From positions 1,371-65,370 of the forward strand of contig JACPVQ010000044.1 in the NCBI GenBank assembly GCA_016191645.1: a stretch of 64,000 nucleotides of DNA, written 5' to 3'. The first letter of the stretch is position 1. The number at the start of each line of letters is the position of its first letter. Positions 28,295 to 37,369 of the stretch are shown piece by piece. The position numbers and the translations under genes are program-made. The notes beneath the pieces were generated by a model that was not told the origin of the DNA, made no database searches, and saw nothing but the letters and a program-made list of their open reading frames with translations. Source of the stretch: Candidatus Solibacter usitatus (GTDB lineage: Bacteria; Acidobacteriota; Terriglobia; Bryobacterales; Bryobacteraceae).

Positions 28295-29257
28295 TTACGG
28301 CAGTTCGAGGATAGTGTCGGGGCCCGAGCCGCGCGGCATGTCGATCACGCGCAGGACTTTTCTGTCGCGCACGGAGACGATGGCGATCTTATCGCTGTCC
28401 TGTAATCCAAGGTAGGCCCTGCTTCCATCGCGAGACAAACTCAATGACAATGGCTTGCCGGGAATCTTCACCCATCCGATCTCTTTTCCCGTGGCGACGT
28501 CGGCGAAGCCGCAGCGCTCTTCGGCTTGCAGGTTGTAGACGAGCGTCTTTTCGTCGGGAGTCAAAGCAAGTCGCGCCGGCCCGCCGCTGGTGGCGATGCG
28601 GCCCGTCACTTTCGGGCCCGTGGTATCCAACAGCACCACCGCTTTGCCGTCGATGACGGTGAGGAAGAGACGTCGTTGATCGCGAGTCATGACCGCGCCT
28701 TGCGGCCGTTCGCCCACCTTCACCAATGTGACCGCGCCGTCATTCAAGCGAATGGCGGCCAGCGTTCCCGAGTTCGTATTGCTCACAAATGCCGTTTCGC
28801 CGCGCGGGCCGAAGATGGCCATGTGAGGATTGTTTCCCTTCACATCGAACATCCGCAGAACTTTTTTCGCAATGGGGTCCACCAGGAGCAGTCCGTTTGG
28901 ATTCTCAATCGTCACAATCAGATGTCCTGTCTTTTTGTCGAGATCCATTCCATGCGGGCGTCGATAACGGCCCAAGTCGATGGTGCCGGTGCGTTTCCGG
29001 GACGCCACGTCGATGATGGAGATGGAGTTGGTTCCTTCTCCCGGGTCCGTCATCCACAAAAGGCCGTTGTCGGAAATGTAGATGAGCCGTCCGTCCGCTG
29101 AGAGCACCTGTTCATGAGGGAAACTGCCGACGCCGGTTTCGCCCAGGCGTTTGCCGTCGAGCGTGTAGAACGAGACTTTGCCGGCCTTTTTTTCCCCCAC
29201 GGAAAGAACCTGCGCCTCAGAGGAATTGCTTAGCAGTATTAGGAGAAGTAGCAGCAT
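28295..29257 (-). CDS. YncE/YVTN-type beta-propeller protein
   Basis: Signal peptide; repeated PHE/PHG/PHM/PQG blade motifs (VGSFPHE, RRPHGM, NNPHMA, VGERPQG). Confidence 0.85.
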   Translation of the reverse strand: MLLLLLILLSNSSEAQVLSVGEKKAGKVSFYTLDGKRLGETGVGSFPHEQVLSADGRLIYISDNGLLWMTDPGEGTNSISIIDVASRKRTGTIDLGRYRRPHGMDLDKKTGHLIVTIENPNGLLLVDPIAKKVLRMFDVKGNNPHMAIFGPRGETAFVSNTNSGTLAAIRLNDGAVTLVKVGERPQGAVMTRDQRRLFLTVIDGKAVVLLDTTGPKVTGRIATSGGPARLALTPDEKTLVYNLQAEERCGFADVATGKEIGWVKIPGKPLSLSLSRDGSRAYLGLQDSDKIAIVSVRDRKVLRVIDMPRGSGPDTILELP

Positions 29258-29348
29258 AAGCGGATCTTAGCATTGGCATAACACACCTTAACAATCGGCG
29301 CCGCACTACGCGTGTATAATTCAGGCAGTAGAAAACGCAGGGGGTGCC

Positions 29349-31196
29349 ATGAGGCTCTGTAAGCTTTTCCTTACCGCTGCCGCCATTGCCGGGCTAGCGT
29401 CGGTTTGCGCCGGCCAGGAGAAGACGGTCTCCATTGGCGATTGCCGCTTCGCTAACGATCCGGCGGAATTCCTGAATAAGTCCGCGCTCATTCGCGGCAG
29501 GATCGATGCCAACACCAGGAAGCTCGACTTGCGAGGCGCGCGGGCCGTGGCGGCCGACACGATCCCCCGTCGAAACTTCATCGACGACGAGATTTTGGGC
29601 AAGCTGACCCGCAAAGGTGTAAAGTCAGCGCCGTTGTCGACCGACGAAGAGTTCTTTCGCCGCATCTACCTCGATCTCACCGGGCGTATTCCGGCCCCTG
29701 CCGACATCCGGGCTTTTCTTGCCGATTCCAGCGTGGACAAGCGCGACGCAGTGATCGACAAACTGCTCAACTCGGCGGAGTTCACCGACCGCTGGACGAT
29801 GTGGATGGGCGACTTGCTGCAGAACACTTCCACTCTGATCAATGCCGCCGCCAATCGCAATGCCGACGGCCGCAACGCGTTTCACAGTTACATTCGCGAC
29901 GCCGTGAGCCACAACAGGCCGTTTACGGCAATTGCCCGCGAAGTGATTGCCGGGAAGGGCAACAATTACGATGCGGCGGCGGGCGCGGCGAATTTCCCCA
30001 TGGGCGCGAGCACGGCGATGGGTCCGATGCAGGACACCTACGATACGATGCTGGTGCGCACCGTCACAACATTTCTCGGCCTGGGAAATTACGATTGCCT
30101 GCTCTGTCACGACGGACGCCGGCATTTAAATCAGGTCAACGTGTGGGGAACCGCGCAGACGCGCTGGGATGCGCAAAGCATGGCCGCCTTCTTTTCGCGC
30201 ATGGCGCTGACGGCGTCGAATCCACGCGGAAGCTTCATGGTGTCGGACATGTCCGACGGCTGGTACGACCTCAACACGAATTCGGGAAACCGGCCGGAGC
30301 GGAAGCCCGTGGCAGGAATGGCGGTGGTCTCGCCCGTCTATCGGGAAACCGGAGCAACGCCAAGAGATGGCGATTGGCGCGGCGCCTTCGCCGACAATCT
30401 GGTGCGCGATCCGATGTTCGCGCGCAATCTGGCGAACCGGCTGTGGAAACAGATGTTCGGATTGGCCGTGGCGGATCCCGTGGACGCGTTGGATCCGGCG
30501 CGCCTGGATCCGGCCAATCCTCCGGAAGAACCGTGGGAGTTTCAGGCTACTCATCCGGAGTTGCTGGACAAGCTGGCGGCGGAACTGGCGAAACAGAATT
30601 TTCAGCTGCGGGAGTTTCTGAAAACGCTGGTGCAATCGTCGGCCTATCAATTGAGCTCGCGCTATGACGGAGAGTGGAGCAGCGATTACGTTCCCTTGTT
30701 CGCGCGGCATTTTGCGCGCCGCATGGAAGGCGAGGAAGTTCACGACGCCGTCGCGGCTGCCACCGGCGCGCCGGGCAGTTACACCGTGGCGGGATTTCCG
30801 TCGCGCGTGGAATGGGCGATGCAGCTTCCGGAACCGGTGGAACCCGCCAGCGACGCTACGGCGCGAAACTTCATGAACACCTTCCTGCGTGGCGATCGCG
30901 ACACGCAGGAGCGAAGCCAGGCGGGGTCCATTCAGCAGTCGCTCTACCTGATGAACGATTCGTTTGTGTCGACCCGCGTGAAAACCGCGCGCTCGCCAAA
31001 ACTTGCCGCCATGGCGCAGATGACGGACGCGGCGATGGTGGAGGAAGCATACCTGACGTTTCTCTCGCGCATGCCAACTGAGGCGGAGCGGGCAACGGCG
31101 ATGACTTTCCTGGCGAAGACCGCGGATCGCAGGGCTGCCGCTGAAGACCTAGCCTGGATGTGCATCAACAAGATCGAATTTCTTTTCAGCTACTGA
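29349..31196 (+). CDS. DUF1549/DUF1553 (PSCyt2-PSD1) protein with heme-c-like CxxCH
   Basis: NFID..I..KL, FFRRIYLDLTGRIP, CLLCHD, NLANRLWKQMFG, THPELLD.LA, SSAYQLSS, RRMEGEEVHD, EFLF. Confidence 0.9.
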   Translation: MRLCKLFLTAAAIAGLASVCAGQEKTVSIGDCRFANDPAEFLNKSALIRGRIDANTRKLDLRGARAVAADTIPRRNFIDDEILGKLTRKGVKSAPLSTDEEFFRRIYLDLTGRIPAPADIRAFLADSSVDKRDAVIDKLLNSAEFTDRWTMWMGDLLQNTSTLINAAANRNADGRNAFHSYIRDAVSHNRPFTAIAREVIAGKGNNYDAAAGAANFPMGASTAMGPMQDTYDTMLVRTVTTFLGLGNYDCLLCHDGRRHLNQVNVWGTAQTRWDAQSMAAFFSRMALTASNPRGSFMVSDMSDGWYDLNTNSGNRPERKPVAGMAVVSPVYRETGATPRDGDWRGAFADNLVRDPMFARNLANRLWKQMFGLAVADPVDALDPARLDPANPPEEPWEFQATHPELLDKLAAELAKQNFQLREFLKTLVQSSAYQLSSRYDGEWSSDYVPLFARHFARRMEGEEVHDAVAAATGAPGSYTVAGFPSRVEWAMQLPEPVEPASDATARNFMNTFLRGDRDTQERSQAGSIQQSLYLMNDSFVSTRVKTARSPKLAAMAQMTDAAMVEEAYLTFLSRMPTEAERATAMTFLAKTADRRAAAEDLAWMCINKIEFLFSY

Positions 31197-31208
31197 GAAA
31201 GGGGCATC

Positions 31209-32561
31209 ATGAAAAATCGTTTCGGATTCGATGAAAGCAAAGTTGCCGGCGCCCCTTACTGGAGCAAGCCGCAACTGGGGCGCAGGTTGTTTTTCCGCCA
31301 TGTCGGCTCGGCCGTGGGCGGATACATGCTGATGCCCGGTGCGCCGATGGAGACCGTGGCGCGCGCGGCGGTGACGACGAAGAACACGGCGAAGAATGTG
31401 ATCTTCTTCATGCTGCAAGGCGCGCCCAGCCATACCGACACGTTCGATTTGAAACCGGCGAACGGAATGCCCGTGGCGCAGTTCAAGCCGACCGAGTACA
31501 ACGGCTTACTGTTTCCGCAAGGGCTCATGCCGAAGCTCGCCGGACAGATTGACTCGCTGGCCCTGGTCCGGTCCGTTCGCGCGTGGGCGAACGTCCACGG
31601 GCTGATGCAGACGTGGGTGCAACTCGGCCGCAACCCGGCGACGCCGCTGGCGAAACTGAGCCCGCATATCGGGTCCGTGGTCTCCGTGGAGTTGGCCAAG
31701 AAAGGCTCGGTGCTGCCGACCTTCATCGCACTGAATGGAACTCCGCGTGTGGCTTCGGGATTTCTTCCGGTGGCCAACGCGCCCTTTATGCTGACCGCCG
31801 GCGCCGGATTCCCGAACACAAAGCATCCCGATGGAAGCGACCGTTTTGCATCCCGCATGAGTCTGCTGCGGGACGCGGAAACGGCGGGTGCGCCGGGAGC
31901 GAGCCTTGGCGATTCGCCGGATGAGATTGCCGATTGGAAGCTGCGCTCGCAAATGCTGATGTACAACAGCAGCGTCGATCAGATCTTCAATTTGAATGCC
32001 TCCGAGCGCGCGCAGTATGGAACGTCGGCGCTGGGCGATGCCTGCCTGACGGCACGCAACATATTGAAGGCGAACATGGGCACGCGATTCATTCAAATCA
32101 CTTATGGAGGCTGGGACCATCACAACAACCTTTACGCGCGGCTGACGCCGATGGCCACGGAGTTCGACAACGGGCTGAGCCGGTTAATAACGGACTTGAA
32201 GACCGAAGGGCTGTTCGACGAGACGTTAATCGTCGCCCAGGGCGAGTTTGGCCGCACGCCCGGGTTGAATGGCGCAGGCGGGCGCGATCACTTCGCACAG
32301 CAGACGGCGCTGTTTGCCGGGGCGCGGATTCGCGGCGGGCGCGCCATTGGCGCGACAGATCCGTTGGGGGCGACGATTGTTGAGCCGGGCTGGTCGCGAG
32401 ACCGCGAAGTGCGCGCGGAAGATATCGAAGCGACTATCTACTCCGCGTTAGGCATCGATTGGACGACGCTGCGCAGGGACAGCCGGTTCGGCCGCGGATT
32501 CGAGTACGTGCCCGAATCCAGCCAGGATCGCTACGGCCCCGTTCATGAATTGTGGGGCTGA
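31209..32561 (+). CDS. DUF1501 domain protein (Tat-like RR leader)
   Basis: RRLFF, GAPSHTDTFDLKP, GWDHH, GEFGRTP, GRDHF motifs. Confidence 0.92.
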   Translation: MKNRFGFDESKVAGAPYWSKPQLGRRLFFRHVGSAVGGYMLMPGAPMETVARAAVTTKNTAKNVIFFMLQGAPSHTDTFDLKPANGMPVAQFKPTEYNGLLFPQGLMPKLAGQIDSLALVRSVRAWANVHGLMQTWVQLGRNPATPLAKLSPHIGSVVSVELAKKGSVLPTFIALNGTPRVASGFLPVANAPFMLTAGAGFPNTKHPDGSDRFASRMSLLRDAETAGAPGASLGDSPDEIADWKLRSQMLMYNSSVDQIFNLNASERAQYGTSALGDACLTARNILKANMGTRFIQITYGGWDHHNNLYARLTPMATEFDNGLSRLITDLKTEGLFDETLIVAQGEFGRTPGLNGAGGRDHFAQQTALFAGARIRGGRAIGATDPLGATIVEPGWSRDREVRAEDIEATIYSALGIDWTTLRRDSRFGRGFEYVPESSQDRYGPVHELWG

Positions 32562-32584
32562 TTTTGGACATTTCCCGAGTTTGT

Positions 32585-32737
32585 GTGGGGCAGATCTCCA
32601 GATCTGCGAGCCGGTCTCCAGACCGGCTCTGCCTGAAGTAATCGTAATCTCCCGGGCGGCTGCAAAGCAGCCGATGGCCTCTTGCGAGGCCATGCGGGAT
32701 CTGGAGATCCCGCTGCAGGTCTGGAGACCTGCCCCAC
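32585..32737. repeat. REP/REPIN-like element, copy 3
   Basis: GTGGGGCAGATCTCCAGATCTGC ... GCAGGTCTGGAGACCTGCCCCAC; same orientation as copy 1, with compensatory stem changes; between convergent genes. Confidence 0.92.
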
Positions 32738-32775
32738 AGAACAGCACAGCCGCAACCAAAGAAAATCCTTGCAGC

Positions 32776-33627
32776 TTAGGAAGATTTCAGGTAGGATTTC
32801 GCCAGGATCCACAACTTGCGCGGCTTCGACACCGACAAGCGACGCCCCAACACTTCGTAGTTCTCCGATTCGATGAGCAGCAGCAACCGGCTGTAGATCT
32901 CGATGATCGCCCGCAGCATCGCGCGGCCCGACGGTTCCACTAAATCCAACAGCGGCATCGCGTCGCGGTAATACTGCTTCGCGCGCGCGGCTTCGAATTG
33001 CAGCAGGTTTCGCAGCGGCTCCGATACGCGCTGCCCTGCGAGATCCGATTCCGCAACGGAGAACCGCGTCAAATCTTCTGCCGGAAGGTAGAGGCGCCCA
33101 TTCCCGAAATCCTCCGAAACATCGCGCAGAATATTGGTAAGTTGAAAAGCGACACCGCATTTTTCCGCAAGCGGGAGAGCATCCGGCGAGCGGAACCCGA
33201 GAATGTGCACCACCGTCAGTCCCACCACGGACGCGACGCGGTAGCAGTACGCATAGAGTTCTTCGAACGTGTTCATGCGGCGAAATGCGATATCGTAGGC
33301 GACTCCGTCGATCATTTGATGCAGATACTCATGCGGGATCTTGTAGCGCGTCACGGTATCGTGGAGCGCGGGCCAAACGGGATGCGAGTCGAGACCGCCG
33401 CCCTGCAAGGCCGATTGCATTTGCACGCGCCAGTCTTCGAAAACCTCCATTGTCTTCTCGCCGGGTTCGTCGCTGAGATCGTCGCAGACGCGCATGAAGG
33501 CGTAGACCGCGCACATGGAACGCCGCCGCCGCGCGTCCAGCAACAAAAAGGAAGGATAAAAATTCTTTGCGCGACGGCGCGCCACATCAGCGCACCAGGC
33601 GTAGGAGACTTCCACGGGCCTGTTCAT
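32776..33627 (-). CDS. hpnD: Presqualene diphosphate synthase HpnD
   Basis: AKNFY, YAFMRVCDDLSD, YCYRVASVVG, QLTNILRDV.ED...GRLYLP; follows hpnC. Confidence 0.88.
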   Translation of the reverse strand: MNRPVEVSYAWCADVARRRAKNFYPSFLLLDARRRRSMCAVYAFMRVCDDLSDEPGEKTMEVFEDWRVQMQSALQGGGLDSHPVWPALHDTVTRYKIPHEYLHQMIDGVAYDIAFRRMNTFEELYAYCYRVASVVGLTVVHILGFRSPDALPLAEKCGVAFQLTNILRDVSEDFGNGRLYLPAEDLTRFSVAESDLAGQRVSEPLRNLLQFEAARAKQYYRDAMPLLDLVEPSGRAMLRAIIEIYSRLLLLIESENYEVLGRRLSVSKPRKLWILAKSYLKSS

Positions 33628-34565
33628 GCCGCTTTCCGGAAAGCTACGCGGAGCAGCGTGCGCAGCAATAACGCCACTCGCTCCGGCTTGGAGATGGCCG
33701 GACGTTTTGCCAGTACGTTGTAATCAAGCCGTTCGATCTTCTGCAGCACTTTCAGTCCACCGCGGCTGAACAGATCGAGATCCACTGCCAGACGGCGGTC
33801 CACCAGGGCGGGCAGCGCCAGCCCCTCGACAAACAACTTGCGGGCAACGTCCGTGCATTCCACCATCACCGCGCGGAATGCCGTCGAGTTCTTCCGCGCG
33901 AACAGATCCTCCACCGTGCAACCGTGACGATCCATCACATCCAGCGGAATGTAGACGCGATCTTTTTCCAGATCCACAGCCACGTCCTGCCAGAAATTGG
34001 CAAGCTGCAGCGCTGTGCAAGTAGCGTCGCTGAGGCGCTGGCGTTCGGCGTCCCGGTATCCGCATAAATAGAGGACCAGACGCCCCACCGGATTTGCGGA
34101 GTAACGGCAGTAGGCGAACACATCCTCCCAACTCCGGTAGCGCGTGACGGTCTGATCCTGTTCGAAGGCCGTAATTAAATCCGCGAAAGGTTGGACGGGA
34201 AGCCTGTGCCGTGCGGCGGTGTCCCGCAGTGCCACAAAAACAGGATGGGAGGCTTTGCCAGCGAACATCGCTTCCAATTCACCGCGCCACCATTGCAGCA
34301 GACGCAGGCTCTCCGCCGTGTCGCCGATCTCGTCGCCAAGATCGTCGCTCCAGCGGCAAAATGCGTAGACATTGAAAAAATCCTGGTGCAGCCGCTTCGG
34401 CAGCAAAAAGCTGACGACGTGAAAATTTTCGTAGTGGCTGGTGGCAAGCCAGCGCGTGTAGGCTGAGGCTTCCGGCGCGGACCAGCTCCACGAGGCCGCT
34501 TCGGAATGAAAGACAAAATCCCGCGGGGAAAGAAATCGCTGGCGGACGGCGCGATCCGCGTGCAT
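33624..34565 (-). CDS. hpnC: Squalene synthase HpnC
   Basis: HYENF.V.S, DD.GDE, AF.QDQ, YCRYSANPVGRLVL, QLANFWQD. Confidence 0.93.
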   Translation of the reverse strand: MHADRAVRQRFLSPRDFVFHSEAASWSWSAPEASAYTRWLATSHYENFHVVSFLLPKRLHQDFFNVYAFCRWSDDLGDEIGDTAESLRLLQWWRGELEAMFAGKASHPVFVALRDTAARHRLPVQPFADLITAFEQDQTVTRYRSWEDVFAYCRYSANPVGRLVLYLCGYRDAERQRLSDATCTALQLANFWQDVAVDLEKDRVYIPLDVMDRHGCTVEDLFARKNSTAFRAVMVECTDVARKLFVEGLALPALVDRRLAVDLDLFSRGGLKVLQKIERLDYNVLAKRPAISKPERVALLLRTLLRVAFRKAA

Positions 34566-34570
34566 GGGGA

Positions 34571-35611
34571 CTAAGGGATGATGGCCGTCTTCATGTGACC
34601 GTTATGGCTCATGAGGTGACGGAGCACTTCCAGCAAATTGGTGAGCGGCTCTTCGCGGTTCACAAGATCGCGCGCCGTGATATCGAGACGGCTCACGGTG
34701 TCGAGCGCCTTGCGGATATACGCGGGCGTGTGATGGAAGGTCGCCTTGCAGGTGATCTCCGAATAGTGCAGCAGGCTGGTGTCCAAGGCGACGGCGCTGT
34801 CGTTGGGGCAGCCGCCGAAGAAGTTGACGGTTCCACCCTTGCGGACCATGCGCGCGGCAAGCTGCCACGTTTCCGGCGTGCCGACCGCTTCAATGGCGAT
34901 ATCGACGCCGCGCTTGCCGGTCAGCTCGCGGACGCGCGCCGCATGATCGTAGGAATCGGCCGTGCACAGCAGATCGGTTGCGCCCATTTTCGCGGCCTTG
35001 TCCAACTGCGATTTGCGGCGGCCAATGGCGATGACACGGCAGCCGAATACGCGCGCCAGGCGCACGAACATCAGGCCAATGGGTCCCAGGCCGATGACGG
35101 CGATGGTTTCCACGCCTTCCAGACCGCACTCTTCCAATCCGCGCATGACGCAAGCCAGCGGCTCTATCAGCGCCGCGTCCTGATAGCTGATGTGCGCCGG
35201 AATCTCGTATAAATTCTTCTGTACAATGCGCCCCGGGATGCGGATGTATTCGGCGTAAGCCCCGTTATTGAATAAAAGATCCTCGCACAGGTTCTCCTTA
35301 TTGCGCGCGCAATAGAAGCAGGCTCCACAAGGAGCGGAGTTTGCCGAAACCACGCGCTGGCCCACATGGAACTTGCGGACGTTTTCTCCAACCGAAACAA
35401 TGTCACCGGCCAACTCGTGGCCGAACAAGGCGGGCGGAACAATCATGCGCGCGTGATAGCCGCGTTGAAAAACTTTCACATCGGTCCCACAGGTGAGGGC
35501 GGCGCGAACGCGTACTAATACGTCCTCCGGTCCAACTTGGGGAACGGCTACCGGCTCAATCTGCAGACTTTCTCTGCCGTACAGCACAGCGGCCATCATC
35601 TGTTGTTTCAC
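34571..35611 (-). CDS. Zinc-dependent MDR dehydrogenase (sorbitol/threonine DH-like), NADP(H)-type fingerprint
   Basis: TCGTD, GHE, CGACFYC...C structural zinc, IEP, GLGPIG; IAIGRRK with no acidic residue after beta2. Confidence 0.9.
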   Translation of the reverse strand: MKQQMMAAVLYGRESLQIEPVAVPQVGPEDVLVRVRAALTCGTDVKVFQRGYHARMIVPPALFGHELAGDIVSVGENVRKFHVGQRVVSANSAPCGACFYCARNKENLCEDLLFNNGAYAEYIRIPGRIVQKNLYEIPAHISYQDAALIEPLACVMRGLEECGLEGVETIAVIGLGPIGLMFVRLARVFGCRVIAIGRRKSQLDKAAKMGATDLLCTADSYDHAARVRELTGKRGVDIAIEAVGTPETWQLAARMVRKGGTVNFFGGCPNDSAVALDTSLLHYSEITCKATFHHTPAYIRKALDTVSRLDITARDLVNREEPLTNLLEVLRHLMSHNGHMKTAIIP

Positions 35612-36702
35612 TTTGTCGTCCTCTGGGGCTGAACAATTATTTTCAACGATTTGGAGTCAGGATGCAAAGCCTTGTCCATCCCGGACCGGATCTCGTCGAG
35701 CGGAAGGCGGTGGGAAACGAGGTCCTCCACCGGCAAATCCCCGCTAAAAACCAGTCTCGCGGACTCGGCCTGCAAGTCCACGTCGGCGCTGTAGGCGCCA
35801 AAAAGAGTTCGCTCTCCCACACAGATGTCCGCACCGGACACTTCGATTCTTTCTTTGTGCGAGGTTTGTGCAAATAACAGTATGCGGCTTCCAGGCCTGC
35901 TGGCGCGAACCGCCTGCTCCACAATCCCCGGCGCGGAAGCACAAACAAAAACTACGTCGGCCCCGCGTCCATCGGTTAACGCGGCAGCCTCGCGGGCCAA
36001 ATCGACGGCCTGCGGATCAAAGCTTGCCGCCGCTCCAAAGCGCACGGATAACTCCCTGCGCGTTGCCATTCCATCGGTAGTCAACATTCTTGCGCCGGTG
36101 CGAGCCACCAGCATCGTGAAGATCAATCCGATGGGGCCCTGGCCCAACACCAACGCCAATTCGTCTCGCTTCGGCGCGGCGATTTCCACGGCCTTCAGGC
36201 ACGTGTTGACGGGCTCCACGAAGCACGCGCGGTCGAAGGAAACTCCGTCGGGAATCTTCTCCACGCCGCGCCGCACAATCCAATCCATGACGCGGATATA
36301 CTGCGCAAAGCCGCCGCCCGCGGGCTCGTAACCGGCGGTGATGCCGACCTTCTTATAAACAGGGCACTGCGCGTACAGGTTCTTGCGGCAGTAAAAACAT
36401 TCTCCGCACGGGATATGGTGGAACGCGATCACCCTATCGCCAGGCGCAAACTTCGTGACGCCCTCGCCCACGGCAACCACGACCCCGGCCGTTTCGTGTC
36501 CGTAAATGCGCGGCGGCGGCAGCAGGTTGTGCTCCACCTTCTTCAGGTCGGTATGGCAGATGCCGCAGCTTTCCACGCGCACCAACAGTTCGCCGCGGCC
36601 GATGCCCGGCGTGGGGACACTTTCGACCGCAACGATGCTGTCGCCTTTGTAGACGGCTGCCCGCATCGTGATGGGAGGTTGAATACTAGAAGCGACTTGC
36701 AA
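35608..36702 (-). CDS. Zinc-dependent MDR dehydrogenase (L-iditol DH-like), NAD(H)-type fingerprint
   Basis: GICHTD, GHE, CGECFYC...C, VEP, GQGPIG; LTTDG with acidic residue. AGGAG RBS 6 nt before TTG 36702. Confidence 0.9.
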   Translation of the reverse strand: MQVASSIQPPITMRAAVYKGDSIVAVESVPTPGIGRGELLVRVESCGICHTDLKKVEHNLLPPPRIYGHETAGVVVAVGEGVTKFAPGDRVIAFHHIPCGECFYCRKNLYAQCPVYKKVGITAGYEPAGGGFAQYIRVMDWIVRRGVEKIPDGVSFDRACFVEPVNTCLKAVEIAAPKRDELALVLGQGPIGLIFTMLVARTGARMLTTDGMATRRELSVRFGAAASFDPQAVDLAREAAALTDGRGADVVFVCASAPGIVEQAVRASRPGSRILLFAQTSHKERIEVSGADICVGERTLFGAYSADVDLQAESARLVFSGDLPVEDLVSHRLPLDEIRSGMDKALHPDSKSLKIIVQPQRTTK

Positions 36703-37369
36703 GGTACTCTCCTAGTTTCTCAGATGCAATGCCCGCGTTGCGGTGCAGGCGGATCAAAGCTGGGATGCGCGAAAAAGGACGCATCACGGCTGCCTTGGCA
36801 ATGGCGCTTCGGTCAAAGCGGCCGGCGTCGTCCCGATAACAGTTAAAGTCCAGGGGAAGCCCGGCATCGGCATCGTCACTCACCGCGCGAATGCAGAAGA
36901 ACGGCAGCGTGTGAGCAGCGGCACTACGGGCAACTCCGGCCGCTTCCATTTCCACGGCGGAGGCTCCGGTCCCGCGCAGGGTTCTCTTTTCCGCCGCCGT
37001 TACCGCGACTCGATTCTGACTGACGATGGTGGAGCCCGCATTCGATACCGTGGCGAATTTCTCGCCCGAAACGGAATCGAGCACTTCCCCCGCTTCCACA
37101 ACATCGCCGACGCGCAGGGCCGGGTCCAGGCCGCCGCACGTTCCCGTGCTCACCACCTGATCCACAGGCATTGCGCGAAGTACCGTCTCCAAGGCCTCTG
37201 CCGCCAACCGCGGACCTGGGCCATTGGCCACGAAGACCACTCTCCGGCCGTTGAGGGTTCCCTCGGCGGCGAATCGCATGGGCCAGCCGAGTTGACGCAC
37301 GCCCGTGGTACGCCGCAGGACGCCGTCAAACTCGAACTTTTCAGCAGCTACCATTACGATCGCATTCAC
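36686..37369 (-). CDS. hpnG: Hopanoid-associated nucleosidase/phosphorylase HpnG
   Basis: PNP/UDP fold motifs STGTCGGLDP.L.VGD, AVEMEAA, IRAVSD; located in the shc operon. Confidence 0.85.
   Translation of the reverse strand: MNAIVMVAAEKFEFDGVLRRTTGVRQLGWPMRFAAEGTLNGRRVVFVANGPGPRLAAEALETVLRAMPVDQVVSTGTCGGLDPALRVGDVVEAGEVLDSVSGEKFATVSNAGSTIVSQNRVAVTAAEKRTLRGTGASAVEMEAAGVARSAAAHTLPFFCIRAVSDDADAGLPLDFNCYRDDAGRFDRSAIAKAAVMRPFSRIPALIRLHRNAGIASEKLGEYLASRF

Noticed and set aside
17334..32737. Repeats considered as a CRISPR array
   Set aside because: They are dispersed inverted hairpin units with no regular repeat-spacer periodicity, and there are no cas genes.
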